Below are positions 29,188 to 38,194 of a stretch of 53,054 nucleotides of DNA, in pieces. The stretch is taken from contig JAFGMS010000460.1 in NCBI GenBank assembly GCA_016927375.1, positions 1 to 53,054 of the forward strand, read 5' to 3'. The notes under the pieces are model-generated. The model ran no database searches and was not told the DNA's origin. It worked only from the letters and a program-made list of their open reading frames with translations. Origin of the DNA: Anaerolineae bacterium. GTDB taxonomy: Bacteria; Chloroflexota; Anaerolineae; Aggregatilineales; UBA3940. The stretch's first letter is position 1; every line of letters starts with the position of its first letter. A program made the position numbers and the translations under genes.

Positions 29188-29634
29188 TCAGGAACGGCTC
29201 AGAGTCTGGTGGCGCAACTTGAAGGAAATGTCTATAGCAATATTGCGCATAACCCGGTAGCCAATGGCGGTATCACTTTCGCAGAGCTGCTCGAACGCTG
29301 CTCGCGATATTGAGGCAATGACAGTTTCGTCGCTGACAGCACGCACCGTGGCCGAGCGTGGCCCTTGATCAACGAGTGCCATCTCGCCAACAGACTGTCC
29401 CTGTCCCAGGCTGACAAGTGTGCGTCCTTTTTCTTGGCCCTCCTCTTTGGCGATGACTTCGACAAACCCGGCCTGGACCAGGTAGAGTCGATCACCTGGG
29501 TCTCCTTGCGAGAAAACAACCTCACCTTGCTTGTACTGGCGCTCCTCAAAAATGGCAGCTACTTTCCCGAGTTGTTCATCGTTTAGGCCTGCAAACAACT
29601 CGACACTCCGTAGTAATTTGATCAGCTCTTCCAT
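29188..29634 (-). CDS. Stand-alone cyclic-nucleotide-binding (CAP effector) domain protein
   Basis: ORF 29188-29673. ATG 29634 lies 7 nt after GGGAGG. LFAGL...QGDPGDRLYLVQAGFVEV...GEMALVDQGPRSATVRA is the cNMP-binding beta-roll / PBC pattern. No HTH follows. Confidence 0.85.
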   Translation of the reverse strand: MEELIKLLRSVELFAGLNDEQLGKVAAIFEERQYKQGEVVFSQGDPGDRLYLVQAGFVEVIAKEEGQEKGRTLVSLGQGQSVGEMALVDQGPRSATVRAVSDETVIASISRAAFEQLCESDTAIGYRVMRNIAIDISFKLRHQTLSRS

Positions 29635-29699
29635 CAAGTACCTCCCTTTCTCTCCTGTATTAAGCAAGATCATCCTGCGTGTGTTGGGTTACAGGCAAC

Positions 29700-29728
29700 T
29701 TGACTGGTTTGTTTTCCGTGACTACATT
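29700..29728 (+). promoter_or_regulatory. Putative promoter of the transglycosylase gene
   Basis: TTGACT-17 nt-TACATT, then GGAGGG (29745-29750) and an in-frame TTG at 29756. Confidence 0.4.
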
Positions 29729-29755
29729 CTACTCTATTGTACGTGGAGGGCAACC

Positions 29756-30604
29756 TTGACTATCCTCTGCCTGCATGATAAAATCAACGAACTGTGCCTG
29801 AACATATGTTCTTGTGAGCTCGATATAGTGTCTTCGAAATCAAAATCAAAAGCAAAAAGCAGGGGCAAGACTACTACTCAGCGACCCAAATCGAAGCCAT
29901 CTCTAAGAACCTTGTGGCTTGAGATTTTGTTCTTTGTTGCGTTGGCTGTGTTTGGCTTCAGTGTGGTAGCTCAGTTGCTGGGCAGTGCGTCGGAGACCAT
30001 TCTTCATTTTCCATCTTTGCCATATTCTGAGGAAGACGCCGATGTAGCGACCTCGAGGCTGTATGAAGCTGCCAGTCGGCGTCCTGCTCCTGAGCCTACT
30101 CTCTCGCCCATTTTCATGCCGTCTGTCCAATATTGGAAGGACGATTTGCTGAAATGGTCGGCGGATTATGCTATTGATCCCAATCTTGCTGCTACTGTCA
30201 TGCAAATCGAGTCTTGTGGTGGTCCGGAAGCTATGTCCAGTGTAGGGGCCACGAGCCTTTTTCAGGTAATGCCTTTCCACTTTGAAGAGGGCGAAGATCC
30301 CTTTGATCCCGATACAAATGCAAAAAGAGGTTTGGCTTTTCTTGCCGGAGGCCTGGAGCTATCGAATGGGCATGCCGGGTTGGCCCTTGCAGGATATAAC
30401 GGCGGGTACGGTGTGATTTCTCGTGATTACGAGGACTGGCCTCACGAGACACAAAGCTACTATCGTTGGGGGAGTGGTATCTATCGGGAGGCTTCTGCTG
30501 GGTGGGATAGCAGCCCGACGCTTGTTGCGTGGCTTGCCGCTGGTGGGAAATCCTTGTGCGATGCAGCGGAAGAAGAGCTTGGCCTGACATCCGTTTCGCG
30601 ATGA
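29756..30604 (+). CDS. Lytic transglycosylase (SLT domain) with N-terminal membrane anchor
   Basis: The 5' part of ORF 29531-30604 is antisense to the cNMP gene. The start is set at TTG 29756; GTG 29828 is the alternative. TM segment LWLEILFFVALAVFGFSVVA. SLT block MQIESCGGPEAMSSVGATSLFQVMP...AGYNGG. Confidence 0.72.
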   Translation: MTILCLHDKINELCLNICSCELDIVSSKSKSKAKSRGKTTTQRPKSKPSLRTLWLEILFFVALAVFGFSVVAQLLGSASETILHFPSLPYSEEDADVATSRLYEAASRRPAPEPTLSPIFMPSVQYWKDDLLKWSADYAIDPNLAATVMQIESCGGPEAMSSVGATSLFQVMPFHFEEGEDPFDPDTNAKRGLAFLAGGLELSNGHAGLALAGYNGGYGVISRDYEDWPHETQSYYRWGSGIYREASAGWDSSPTLVAWLAAGGKSLCDAAEEELGLTSVSR

Positions 30605-31859
30605 TTGTCTCAATACTCTTAGCCAGCTATACTGCGTGCGGGCTAGATGCTCACCGCCGAGCACACGGCGAGATAATCAGAAGTCTCTGCTACCTTCATA
30701 AGTGTCGAGGCCGGACGGGCCATTGATATCTTGGTTAGTACGCCAAAGTGTTGGGACGCCACAAGCATCAATTTCAACTCAAACCACGGCTTACACAGAT
30801 TACACGGATGAAGCCAGACTAATCTATGCAATCCGTGAAATCTGGGTAGCACGCGGGAATGACGGAGACAAAGCCGACCAAGCCCGGTTTGGCGCTCATA
30901 ACATCACCCCTGAGAAGCGTAGCAGCTCGATGCGCGATCTGCGTCCCCTATCCGCCTGGCGGATAGGGGGACGTCGCCGGCATAGCTATCAGCCAGCGTT
31001 GCAGGGGGTGAGGTTCAGCGTCCTGCACCTATCAACCACGCTATTTTCGCGTGCTACCGAAATCTGTGCTTTGAATCCTTTTTGGACTGAAGAAGATATA
31101 TCCCAACGCTTTGGCGCGCCGACATATCTTTTGTTTTTGCTGTGGCGACAATCACCTGCTGACCGACGATAGCTGAGTAGTTCGACAATGTCAAGTTTCC
31201 TGGAGCAACCGGAATGGGCAGGAGCGGCTGCTTGTGCTTTCAAACGAAGGATCGACGAAGTAGCGACGGAACTGGAACGAAGAGCGCCTCTTTGAGCATA
31301 GCAACATCGAGAGGTTGCTAAAGTTGACATTGTCAAAGTCGTTGCTGCTTCCTTTTGTGTCTCGGTTCTATGACATCCAGTCTCTCGGTGGGGATTTTCT
31401 CATCCAGAAGAATACTGCCATCATCTTTGGGTGCCCCGCTTGCCTGTGGTAAAATCAGAATCATCTTAGCCTAGTTGGGGCAAAGTGGTTTGGCGGTGAA
31501 GGCACATTGCGATATCCAGCTGTCCAAGTGTTTCAGAATGTACTGTAGTTTCGCCTTTTGTAATTGCTCAGCTCTTAGCCGTTGGCTCTTAGCTTTTCAG
31601 CTTTTCAAGCCTCGATCTGTGACTTGTAAACTCAGACTGGATACTCGTCACGTCTCACGTTTTACATATTTACCTTTTACGCAACCTATAGCTACAGTAG
31701 GAAGCGCAAGGTAGCTGAGTAGTTATCGCCTTTTTAGAAATACGCATAGTTTGTGCTTCAGATTTGCTATAGAGCACACAGAATTTTGGCTCTTTCTCTG
31801 CGCTCTCTGTGGTGAGAAAAGGGCCTAAACCCAAAATCGGCGAAAGTTCAGGAAAGTAT

Positions 31860-31888
31860 TTGCATCACATGCTTATGCCCGATAAAGT
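31860..31888 (+). promoter_or_regulatory. Possible promoter facing hsp20
   Basis: TTGCAT-17 nt-TAAAGT. It would give a leader of about 240 nt. Based on hexamers only. Confidence 0.3.
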
Positions 31889-32135
31889 CTGTCGATAACT
31901 GTAGAGTGAAATGTCGATTTGTTCCTTGACTTTTGAGAAGGGGTATGGCAGGACCGTACATCCAGGAAAGGTTTTGTGTGGTGCAAGAGGGTTGGATACC
32001 TGTCACGGGGGGTGAAAGCTGGTTCGGTTCTCGCCGGCAGGACGCGCGTTCTCGGTTGGAGTGCCAAGTACAGGTTTGTTCTCGGAAGATACGCAGTATA
32101 AGAATGCTGGACAAGGTACAGGGAAAGGCGTGATA

Positions 32136-32567
32136 GTGGTGGATGATAGCAACCACGAGCAACAGGTGGAAACGGCAGAAGTACATTATCACGTACTAAA
32201 GAGTGGCCAGCAGCTACTCCTCGTGCGGCACAGCCATGCCTGGCGTCCACCGACCGACGTAATGGTTGATGACGATTTGCTGACCGTGGTGGTTGAAGTT
32301 GCTGGGATGCAGGCTGGCGAATTTCACGTAACCTTTACCAGTCAACGTTTGACCATCAGTGGTGTGCGATCCCCTAAAGATCAGGGACATGTTGCCTACC
32401 ATCAATTTGAAATCCGATATGGTGAGTTCTGTACTGAGGTGACCTTGCCATGGATTGTTGACGAGGATCAAATCGTTGCGCATTATGAGGATGGTTTCCT
32501 GAAAGTAGAGCTACCGCGTGCTGAGCCACACAAGATAAATGTTGTTGCAGCAGACCGAGATTCGTAG
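32136..32567 (+). CDS. Small heat-shock protein (Hsp20 / alpha-crystallin family)
   Basis: ORF 32061-32567. GTG 32136 lies 7 nt after GGGAAAGG; 32061 and 32130 are alternatives. ACD blocks are WRPPTDVMVDDDLLTVVVEVAGM and AHYEDGFLKVELPR. Confidence 0.85.
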   Translation: MVDDSNHEQQVETAEVHYHVLKSGQQLLLVRHSHAWRPPTDVMVDDDLLTVVVEVAGMQAGEFHVTFTSQRLTISGVRSPKDQGHVAYHQFEIRYGEFCTEVTLPWIVDEDQIVAHYEDGFLKVELPRAEPHKINVVAADRDS

Positions 32568-32767
32568 ATAGATTAGGGTATACCAAGGTGGCTATGTAGT
32601 ATCTATGCGTGAATTGCTTGAATGGGCATTTTCATTTCTGCCCGAAGGTGAGCGTGAGGGCCACACATCCAAAGTGAATTTTCGAATCTTAGCCCAAGAG
32701 GAAGCCCTGTTGTATGTTTGTGTTGTAGCAGATTTTCAGCCCGGCTCCCGGGCGTTAGAGAGACACT

Positions 32768-35356
32768 ATGTCACCCAGTGACAAAAAGCGATTGAACAAA
32801 GAAATCGAACAGAAACGGCAAGAAGAGCTGGACACTACTGAGTTGGTCAAGGCTTCTGACGAGGATGATCAAAGTGCATTGGCGCTCACGGAGGATGATG
32901 GGCTGCCAAGAATCCCTCAAGAACTGCCCATCTTGCCACTTCGTGGCATGGTTGTATATCCCCAAACAGTCGTTCCCTTAATGATCGGGCAGCCCCGGTC
33001 GGTGCATCTGGTCGATGATGTCGTCTCGGGGGATCGGTTAATAGGTCTGGTTGCAAGTCACGATCCCGAGAATGAGTTACCTGGTCCTGATGAGATCCAC
33101 AAAGTGGGGACATTGGCTGCTGTCCATCGCCTTTTCCGTGCACCGGATGGGACTCTCCGATTGTTAGTCCAGGGGTTGCTCCGTTTTGATATCAAGGAGT
33201 ACACTGCGACTGAGCCCTATCTCAAAGCCCGGGTTGAACCCAGTCCTGAAGTGCTTGAGACGGGCATTGAGATTGAAGCTTTGATGCGTAACATTGGCGA
33301 GCAGTTCCGCCGGATGGGTGAGCTTAGTCCTAATCTCCCAGGTGATTTGTTATCTTCCACATTGGGGCTGGAAGATCCTCTACAATTGGTCTATACAATT
33401 GCTACCTATATGCGAATAGATCTCAAGGACGCCCAGAACATGCTGGAGATCGACGGCGTCCAGGAGAAACTGCACCGGCTGATGACTTTGTTGGGCAAGG
33501 AATTGGAGGTTCTGGAGCTGGGCCGCAAGATCCAGGCTGATGCCCAGACCGAGATCGACAAAGTGCAGCGTGAGTACATCCTCCGGGAGCAGCTCAAGGC
33601 TATTAAGCGTGAGTTGGGGGAGGGGGATGAGCAGCAGCTTGAGGTAGATGAGATCAGAGAGAAGATCGAGCAGTCGGGGATGCCGGAGGAGGCAGAGAAA
33701 GAAGCCTGCCGCGAGCTTGAACGGTTGTCCAAGCTGCCGACTGCTGCCGCCGAGTATGGTGTGATTCGTACCTATCTGGACTGGCTTACCTCCTTACCCT
33801 GGAAGGTCATTACTGATGACAACCTCGATATTGCACATGCACGTAAAGTGCTCGACGAAGATCATTATGGCCTCGAGGATGTCAAAGAGCGTATTCTTGA
33901 ATTCCTGGCTGTGCGTAAACTGCGCAAGGAGCGGGGCCCGAGGCGTAAATCGAAGGCTGTGCCCACCGATCATATTCGCCGCGAGCGTGAGGGTGTGATC
34001 TTGTGTTTTGTGGGTCCTCCTGGTGTGGGTAAGACCTCGCTGGGTGCGTCCATTGCACGGGCCATGGGACGCAAATTCATTCGGATTAGTCTGGGGGGCG
34101 TACGCGATGAAGCCGAGATCCGGGGGCACCGGCGCACATACATTGGTGCGATGCCTGGTAACATCGTTCAAACCCTCCGGCGGGTGGGAACGCGCAATCC
34201 GGTGTTCATGATGGATGAGATCGACAAGCTAGGTATGGATTTCCGAGGCGATCCGGCCTCGGCACTATTAGAAGTTCTCGATCCCGAGCAAAACTCCGAG
34301 TTCCGTGATCACTATCTGGATGTCCCTTTTGACCTCTCCCAGGTGATGTTTATCACGACGGCCAACCAGCTTGAGCCGATCCCAGGTCCGCTGCGTGATC
34401 GCATGGAAATTTTGCATCTTTCCGGCTACACTGAGACTGAGAAGATACGTATTGCTTCCCAGTACCTTGTTCCTCGCCAGATCCGAGAGAGCGGTTTGCG
34501 TCCGAAAGAGATCAAGTTTACAGACGAAGCCCTGTTGGCTATTGTTCGCGACCATACGCGTGAGGCAGGTGTCCGTAACCTTGAACGTGAGATTGGCGCG
34601 GTTTGCCGCAAAGTCGTTACGCGCATCGCCGAGGGCAAGACCGGCAAAACGACAGTTGGGGTAAAGGCTGTCAGAGAGTTCTTGGGTAAACCTAAGTATC
34701 ACTACCTGGCCGAAGTTGAGGAGCGGACCAATGTTCCTGGCGTTGCTACCGGCTTAGTCTGGACGCCGGTTGGCGGTGATATCATTTTCGTTGAGGCGGC
34801 CCAAATGCCTGGTGGTAAGGGCTTCGTTTTGACTGGCCAACTGGGTAATGTTATGCAGGAGAGCGCCCGTGCAGCCTTGAGCTATGTCCGTTCGCGAGCA
34901 GGTGACCTTGGTTTGGGTGAAAAGTGGTTTAGTAAACATGATATCCACTTGCATGTTCCGGCCGGCGCTGTACCAAAGGATGGCCCATCGGCCGGGATTA
35001 CGATGGCGACTGCTTTGGCATCGCTGCTGACCCAGAGGCCTGTCTCCGGTAATGTTGCTATGACCGGCGAGATTACGCTGCGCGGCCAGGTGCTGCCCGT
35101 TGGAGGATTGAAGGAAAAGGCTTTGGCCGCTCATCGTTTTGGCCTCGATACCATCATTTTGCCTAAACGGAATGAAAAAGACATCGATGATATTCCGGAA
35201 GAGGTGCGTGAGAAGATGAAGTTTGTCTTGGTGGAGCGCGTTGATCAGGTGCTTGAGCATGCGCTGAGTAAGCCTGCCGGATCATCGAAGCCTGCCAAGA
35301 CCCGTAAGCGGGCCAAGACCCAACCAGATCAAAAAAAGGATAAGAGGGTAGAATAG
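32768..35356 (+). CDS. lon: ATP-dependent Lon protease (LonA)
   Basis: 862 aa. Lon N-domain, Walker [10 protein letters not shown], Walker B FMMDEIDK and protease active site [14 protein letters not shown]. Confidence 0.97.
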   Translation: MSPSDKKRLNKEIEQKRQEELDTTELVKASDEDDQSALALTEDDGLPRIPQELPILPLRGMVVYPQTVVPLMIGQPRSVHLVDDVVSGDRLIGLVASHDPENELPGPDEIHKVGTLAAVHRLFRAPDGTLRLLVQGLLRFDIKEYTATEPYLKARVEPSPEVLETGIEIEALMRNIGEQFRRMGELSPNLPGDLLSSTLGLEDPLQLVYTIATYMRIDLKDAQNMLEIDGVQEKLHRLMTLLGKELEVLELGRKIQADAQTEIDKVQREYILREQLKAIKRELGEGDEQQLEVDEIREKIEQSGMPEEAEKEACRELERLSKLPTAAAEYGVIRTYLDWLTSLPWKVITDDNLDIAHARKVLDEDHYGLEDVKERILEFLAVRKLRKERGPRRKSKAVPTDHIRREREGVILCFVGPPGVGKTSLGASIARAMGRKFIRISLGGVRDEAEIRGHRRTYIGAMPGNIVQTLRRVGTRNPVFMMDEIDKLGMDFRGDPASALLEVLDPEQNSEFRDHYLDVPFDLSQVMFITTANQLEPIPGPLRDRMEILHLSGYTETEKIRIASQYLVPRQIRESGLRPKEIKFTDEALLAIVRDHTREAGVRNLEREIGAVCRKVVTRIAEGKTGKTTVGVKAVREFLGKPKYHYLAEVEERTNVPGVATGLVWTPVGGDIIFVEAAQMPGGKGFVLTGQLGNVMQESARAALSYVRSRAGDLGLGEKWFSKHDIHLHVPAGAVPKDGPSAGITMATALASLLTQRPVSGNVAMTGEITLRGQVLPVGGLKEKALAAHRFGLDTIILPKRNEKDIDDIPEEVREKMKFVLVERVDQVLEHALSKPAGSSKPAKTRKRAKTQPDQKKDKRVE

Positions 35357-35745
35357 TGTCCTATAAAGTGATGATTGTTGATGATGACAAGCTGACCGTC
35401 AGCTTGTTGAAGACTCTTCTGGAGCTTGATGATTTTGAAGTAATCTCTGTTGCTGAAGGCACGACGGCATATCAGCGAGCGGTGGAAGATCCACCAGATG
35501 CATTCCTGGTGGATTATCATCTGGCTGATGGAGAGGGATCGGATTTCGTTGTGCAGTTGCGCGCTGATCCGGAGTTGTATCAGCTGCCAGTTGTAATGAC
35601 CTCAGGCTTGAACCGTGAAAATGAGGCGATGGATGCGGGAGCAGATTGGTTCCTGATTAAGCCCTTTGATCCCAGTGAGCTGGTCGATGTCTTACAAAGA
35701 CTGCTGGAGGACGCCACATATGATGAGGAAGAAGAATCCTGGTGA
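35356..35745 (+). CDS. Single-domain response regulator (receiver only)
   Basis: 129 aa. MIVDDD acidic pocket, phospho-acceptor context FLVDYHLADG, and KPF near the C-terminus. The GTG start shares one base with the lon TAG stop. Confidence 0.88.
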   Translation: MSYKVMIVDDDKLTVSLLKTLLELDDFEVISVAEGTTAYQRAVEDPPDAFLVDYHLADGEGSDFVVQLRADPELYQLPVVMTSGLNRENEAMDAGADWFLIKPFDPSELVDVLQRLLEDATYDEEEESW

Positions 35746-35893
35746 AGGCATCGGTTCTGATCACTGGGTCATTTCTGTTTGCGAGAACGTTGTCACTGGG
35801 CCAGGACTCATCATAGGGGATATGAAAATGGCTTTTGATGCATGCTTCATTCCTCCTGCTGCAAGCCTATTTTCAAGAGAGGAATAACGACGA

Positions 35894-37633
35894 GTGAAGT
35901 CGAAAGAGAAGAAAAATTCCCTGCAATGGTATAGGATGGATTTGCACATCCACACGCCTGCTTCGAAGGATTACCAGCAGGCGGATGTGACTTATATGGA
36001 TATTCTTCAACAGGCCGAGCGTCGCAATCTCGACATTATAGCTTTCACCGATCACAATACTGTCCAGGGCTATCATGAGGTACTTGAGGAAATCCACCAG
36101 CTTGAGCTACTGGAAAGTCTGGAACGTATCAACGTTGATGAGCAACGTCGCCTTAATGAATATCATCGTCTCTTTCAGACCATGATGATCTTACCGGGGT
36201 TCGAGTTTACGGCGACCTTCGGATTTCATATATTGGGGATATTTGCTCCGCAAACTGACGTGAGATATCTCGAACATCTGCTGCTGGATTTGAATATTCC
36301 GCCTGAGGCGCTGGACAGCGGCGAGACGAATGTGGGCGCCTCTGCCGATGTTTTGACGGCCTACGCGGCTATCCGGCAGGCTGGTGGGATTGTCATTGCT
36401 GCGCATGCAAACTCCAACCATGGCGTGGCCATGCGAGGGTTGTCCTTTGGTGGCCAGACTCGTATTGCTTATACCCAGGACCTGAATTTGCATGCCCTGG
36501 AAGTCACCGATCTGGATCGTCGTGGGAGGCACACCACGGCTCGTTTCTTTGATGGGTCCAAGCCGGAGTATCCTCGGCGCATGCGGTGTATTCAGGCCTC
36601 TGATGCACATCGTCTGGATCGGGACCCGCGCAATGCCAAGAATCTCGGTCTGGGTGAGCGTGTCACTGAAATTCAACTGCCGGAGCTAAGCTTCGAGGCA
36701 ATTTATGAGGTCTTCTCCGGCAATGACTTTGCTCGCACGCGGCCCTATCGCGGGAGCACGGCACCTTACGATCATGTGTTGGCGGCCCGCCAGGAAGGCC
36801 CTTCGATTGTGCAGTCTTTCCATGAGAGTATGGCTCAGCGGGGCGGGCGGTTGTACAGCGTCATTGCTGATGTGTGTGGTTTTGCTAACACCAATGGTGG
36901 AACGCTCTATGTGGGTGTTTCTGCCGATGCAAAAGCCAAGCCGGTAGGTGTTTCCAATATTAACCGTGCGGTGGAGCAACTCAAGAGTGAGATCCAGAGC
37001 AAGATGACCCCACCCATTGACGCTCAGGTAGATGTGCTGAAGACACAAGGTGTATCGGTGATCCGAGTCCAGGTGCCTCCTGGGAGTGAGCCGCCTTATG
37101 CCATTGATGACTACAAGATCTATGTTCGAGATGAGACAGAGACCAGCCTGGCGGTACGTGATGAAATTGTCCAGCTTGTGTTGCGTAGTCCTCAAGTACA
37201 AGAAGCGGTAGCTGCTCAGCCGGAGGACGCCGAGACGGAGGACATGGGTGTGTCGCCCGTTGGTTATGTTGAGCCTCCTCGCACAGGTGTGGAGGTGATC
37301 GCTACTGAGAAGCGCAACAAAATTCTTTACCATCATGTTCGGGATTTGCGCAATGGTAACATCGTCCGTAACGTGACGCGCGGATCGGCACGCAAGCTGT
37401 GGCATTATGCCATTACCCAGGTTGAAGATCACACTGTTGATGTGGACAAGCTGGGCTGGCACGGAGATATCTCGCTGATCCGGGAGTACAAACACGGCAG
37501 TAAGATGCACTACGATCTGGCTCAACGTCTCAACGGGACTGTGCATATTTACTACGGAGTCACCGAGAATGGCATTCAGGATGGGGCGCATGCTGCCTGG
37601 CGTGAACTGCTTGGGCTGGAAGAAGAGGAGTAA
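35894..37633 (+). CDS. PHP-domain phosphoesterase fused to an AlbA_2 (Schlafen-like) domain and an unassigned C-terminal domain
   Basis: 579 aa. PHP metal ligands DLHIHT, FTDHN, GFEF, AAHANS and ASDAH. AlbA_2-like block CGFANTNGGTLYVGVSAD...VIRVQVPPGSEPPY. The last ~130 aa are unrecognised. Confidence 0.75.
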   Translation: MKSKEKKNSLQWYRMDLHIHTPASKDYQQADVTYMDILQQAERRNLDIIAFTDHNTVQGYHEVLEEIHQLELLESLERINVDEQRRLNEYHRLFQTMMILPGFEFTATFGFHILGIFAPQTDVRYLEHLLLDLNIPPEALDSGETNVGASADVLTAYAAIRQAGGIVIAAHANSNHGVAMRGLSFGGQTRIAYTQDLNLHALEVTDLDRRGRHTTARFFDGSKPEYPRRMRCIQASDAHRLDRDPRNAKNLGLGERVTEIQLPELSFEAIYEVFSGNDFARTRPYRGSTAPYDHVLAARQEGPSIVQSFHESMAQRGGRLYSVIADVCGFANTNGGTLYVGVSADAKAKPVGVSNINRAVEQLKSEIQSKMTPPIDAQVDVLKTQGVSVIRVQVPPGSEPPYAIDDYKIYVRDETETSLAVRDEIVQLVLRSPQVQEAVAAQPEDAETEDMGVSPVGYVEPPRTGVEVIATEKRNKILYHHVRDLRNGNIVRNVTRGSARKLWHYAITQVEDHTVDVDKLGWHGDISLIREYKHGSKMHYDLAQRLNGTVHIYYGVTENGIQDGAHAAWRELLGLEEEE

Positions 37634-37639
37634 GGGCGC

Positions 37640-38149
37640 GTGCGCGTCGGCATCCTGACGGTCAGCGACCGGGCTTCCGGCCAGCAATATGAGGATCGTT
37701 CCGGCCCACTGATCGAGCGTCTCATCGAGGAGCGGCTGGGCTGGGAGGTGGCTGAGACGGAGATCGTTCCTGATGAGACTGCGCAAATCGAGAAGATACT
37801 GATCGGCTGGGTCGATGCGCGGCACCTGAACTTGATTATCACTACAGGTGGGACGGGTTTCTCTCCGCGTGACGTAACCCCGGAGGCAACGCGGTCTGTC
37901 ATCGAACGTGAGGCGCCGGGGCTGGCGGAGGCGATGCGTGCGGCCAGCCTGCGTGTGACCCCTCATGCGATGCTGTCGCGTGCTGTGTGCGGCATCCGCG
38001 CGCAAACTCTGATTGTCAACCTTCCCGGCAGCCCCAAAGCCGCCAAAGAGAATCTGGAGACTCTATATCCGGTGCTGCCTCATGCGCTTGAGCTGCTGAT
38101 CGATGCGTCTGGGGCAGACACCAGCCACCAATTTGTGCAGCGGGTTTGA
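37640..38149 (+). CDS. mogA: Molybdopterin adenylyltransferase MogA/MoaB family
   Basis: 169 aa with GTG start. ILTVSDR, ITTGGTGFSPRDVTPEAT and LPGSPKA blocks. Confidence 0.88.
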   Translation: MRVGILTVSDRASGQQYEDRSGPLIERLIEERLGWEVAETEIVPDETAQIEKILIGWVDARHLNLIITTGGTGFSPRDVTPEATRSVIEREAPGLAEAMRAASLRVTPHAMLSRAVCGIRAQTLIVNLPGSPKAAKENLETLYPVLPHALELLIDASGADTSHQFVQRV

Positions 38150-38194
38150 GCCCGGCCACATACAATCTCCCCCAATACGCAGAGGCATTCCCCT

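Noticed and set aside
30702-31172. 156-aa plus-strand ORF inside the ORF-poor tract
   Set aside because: It has a GTG start with no SD and contains the strong hairpin at 30942-30973. Its composition (RIGGRRRHSYQPALQG...) is not protein-like, and it overlaps another weak ORF on the other strand. It is left uncalled, but the tract is flagged as a finding.
30782-31354. Partial matches to RNase P and SRP RNA signatures
   Set aside because: AACCACGGCTTAC (30782-30794) resembles the RNase P 3' P4 strand. AAGGAAGCAGC (minus strand of 31344-31354) resembles the SRP domain IV core. Neither has its obligatory partner motif nearby: there is no GAGGAAAGTCC and no GGAA tetraloop context. I also saw no tmRNA-like T-arm or tag. 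These are probably chance matches, and an Infernal scan would settle it.
31933-32133. 66-aa ORF just upstream of and overlapping the hsp20 frame
   Set aside because: Its SD spacing is poor, it has no motifs, and it overlaps the hsp20 leader and start region. It is probably non-coding leader sequence.
36686-38005. 439-aa minus-strand ORF
   Set aside because: It is entirely antisense to the well-supported PHP-AlbA_2 and mogA genes. It is Arg-rich and low-complexity, as is typical of antisense frames in GC-moderate DNA, and has no motifs.
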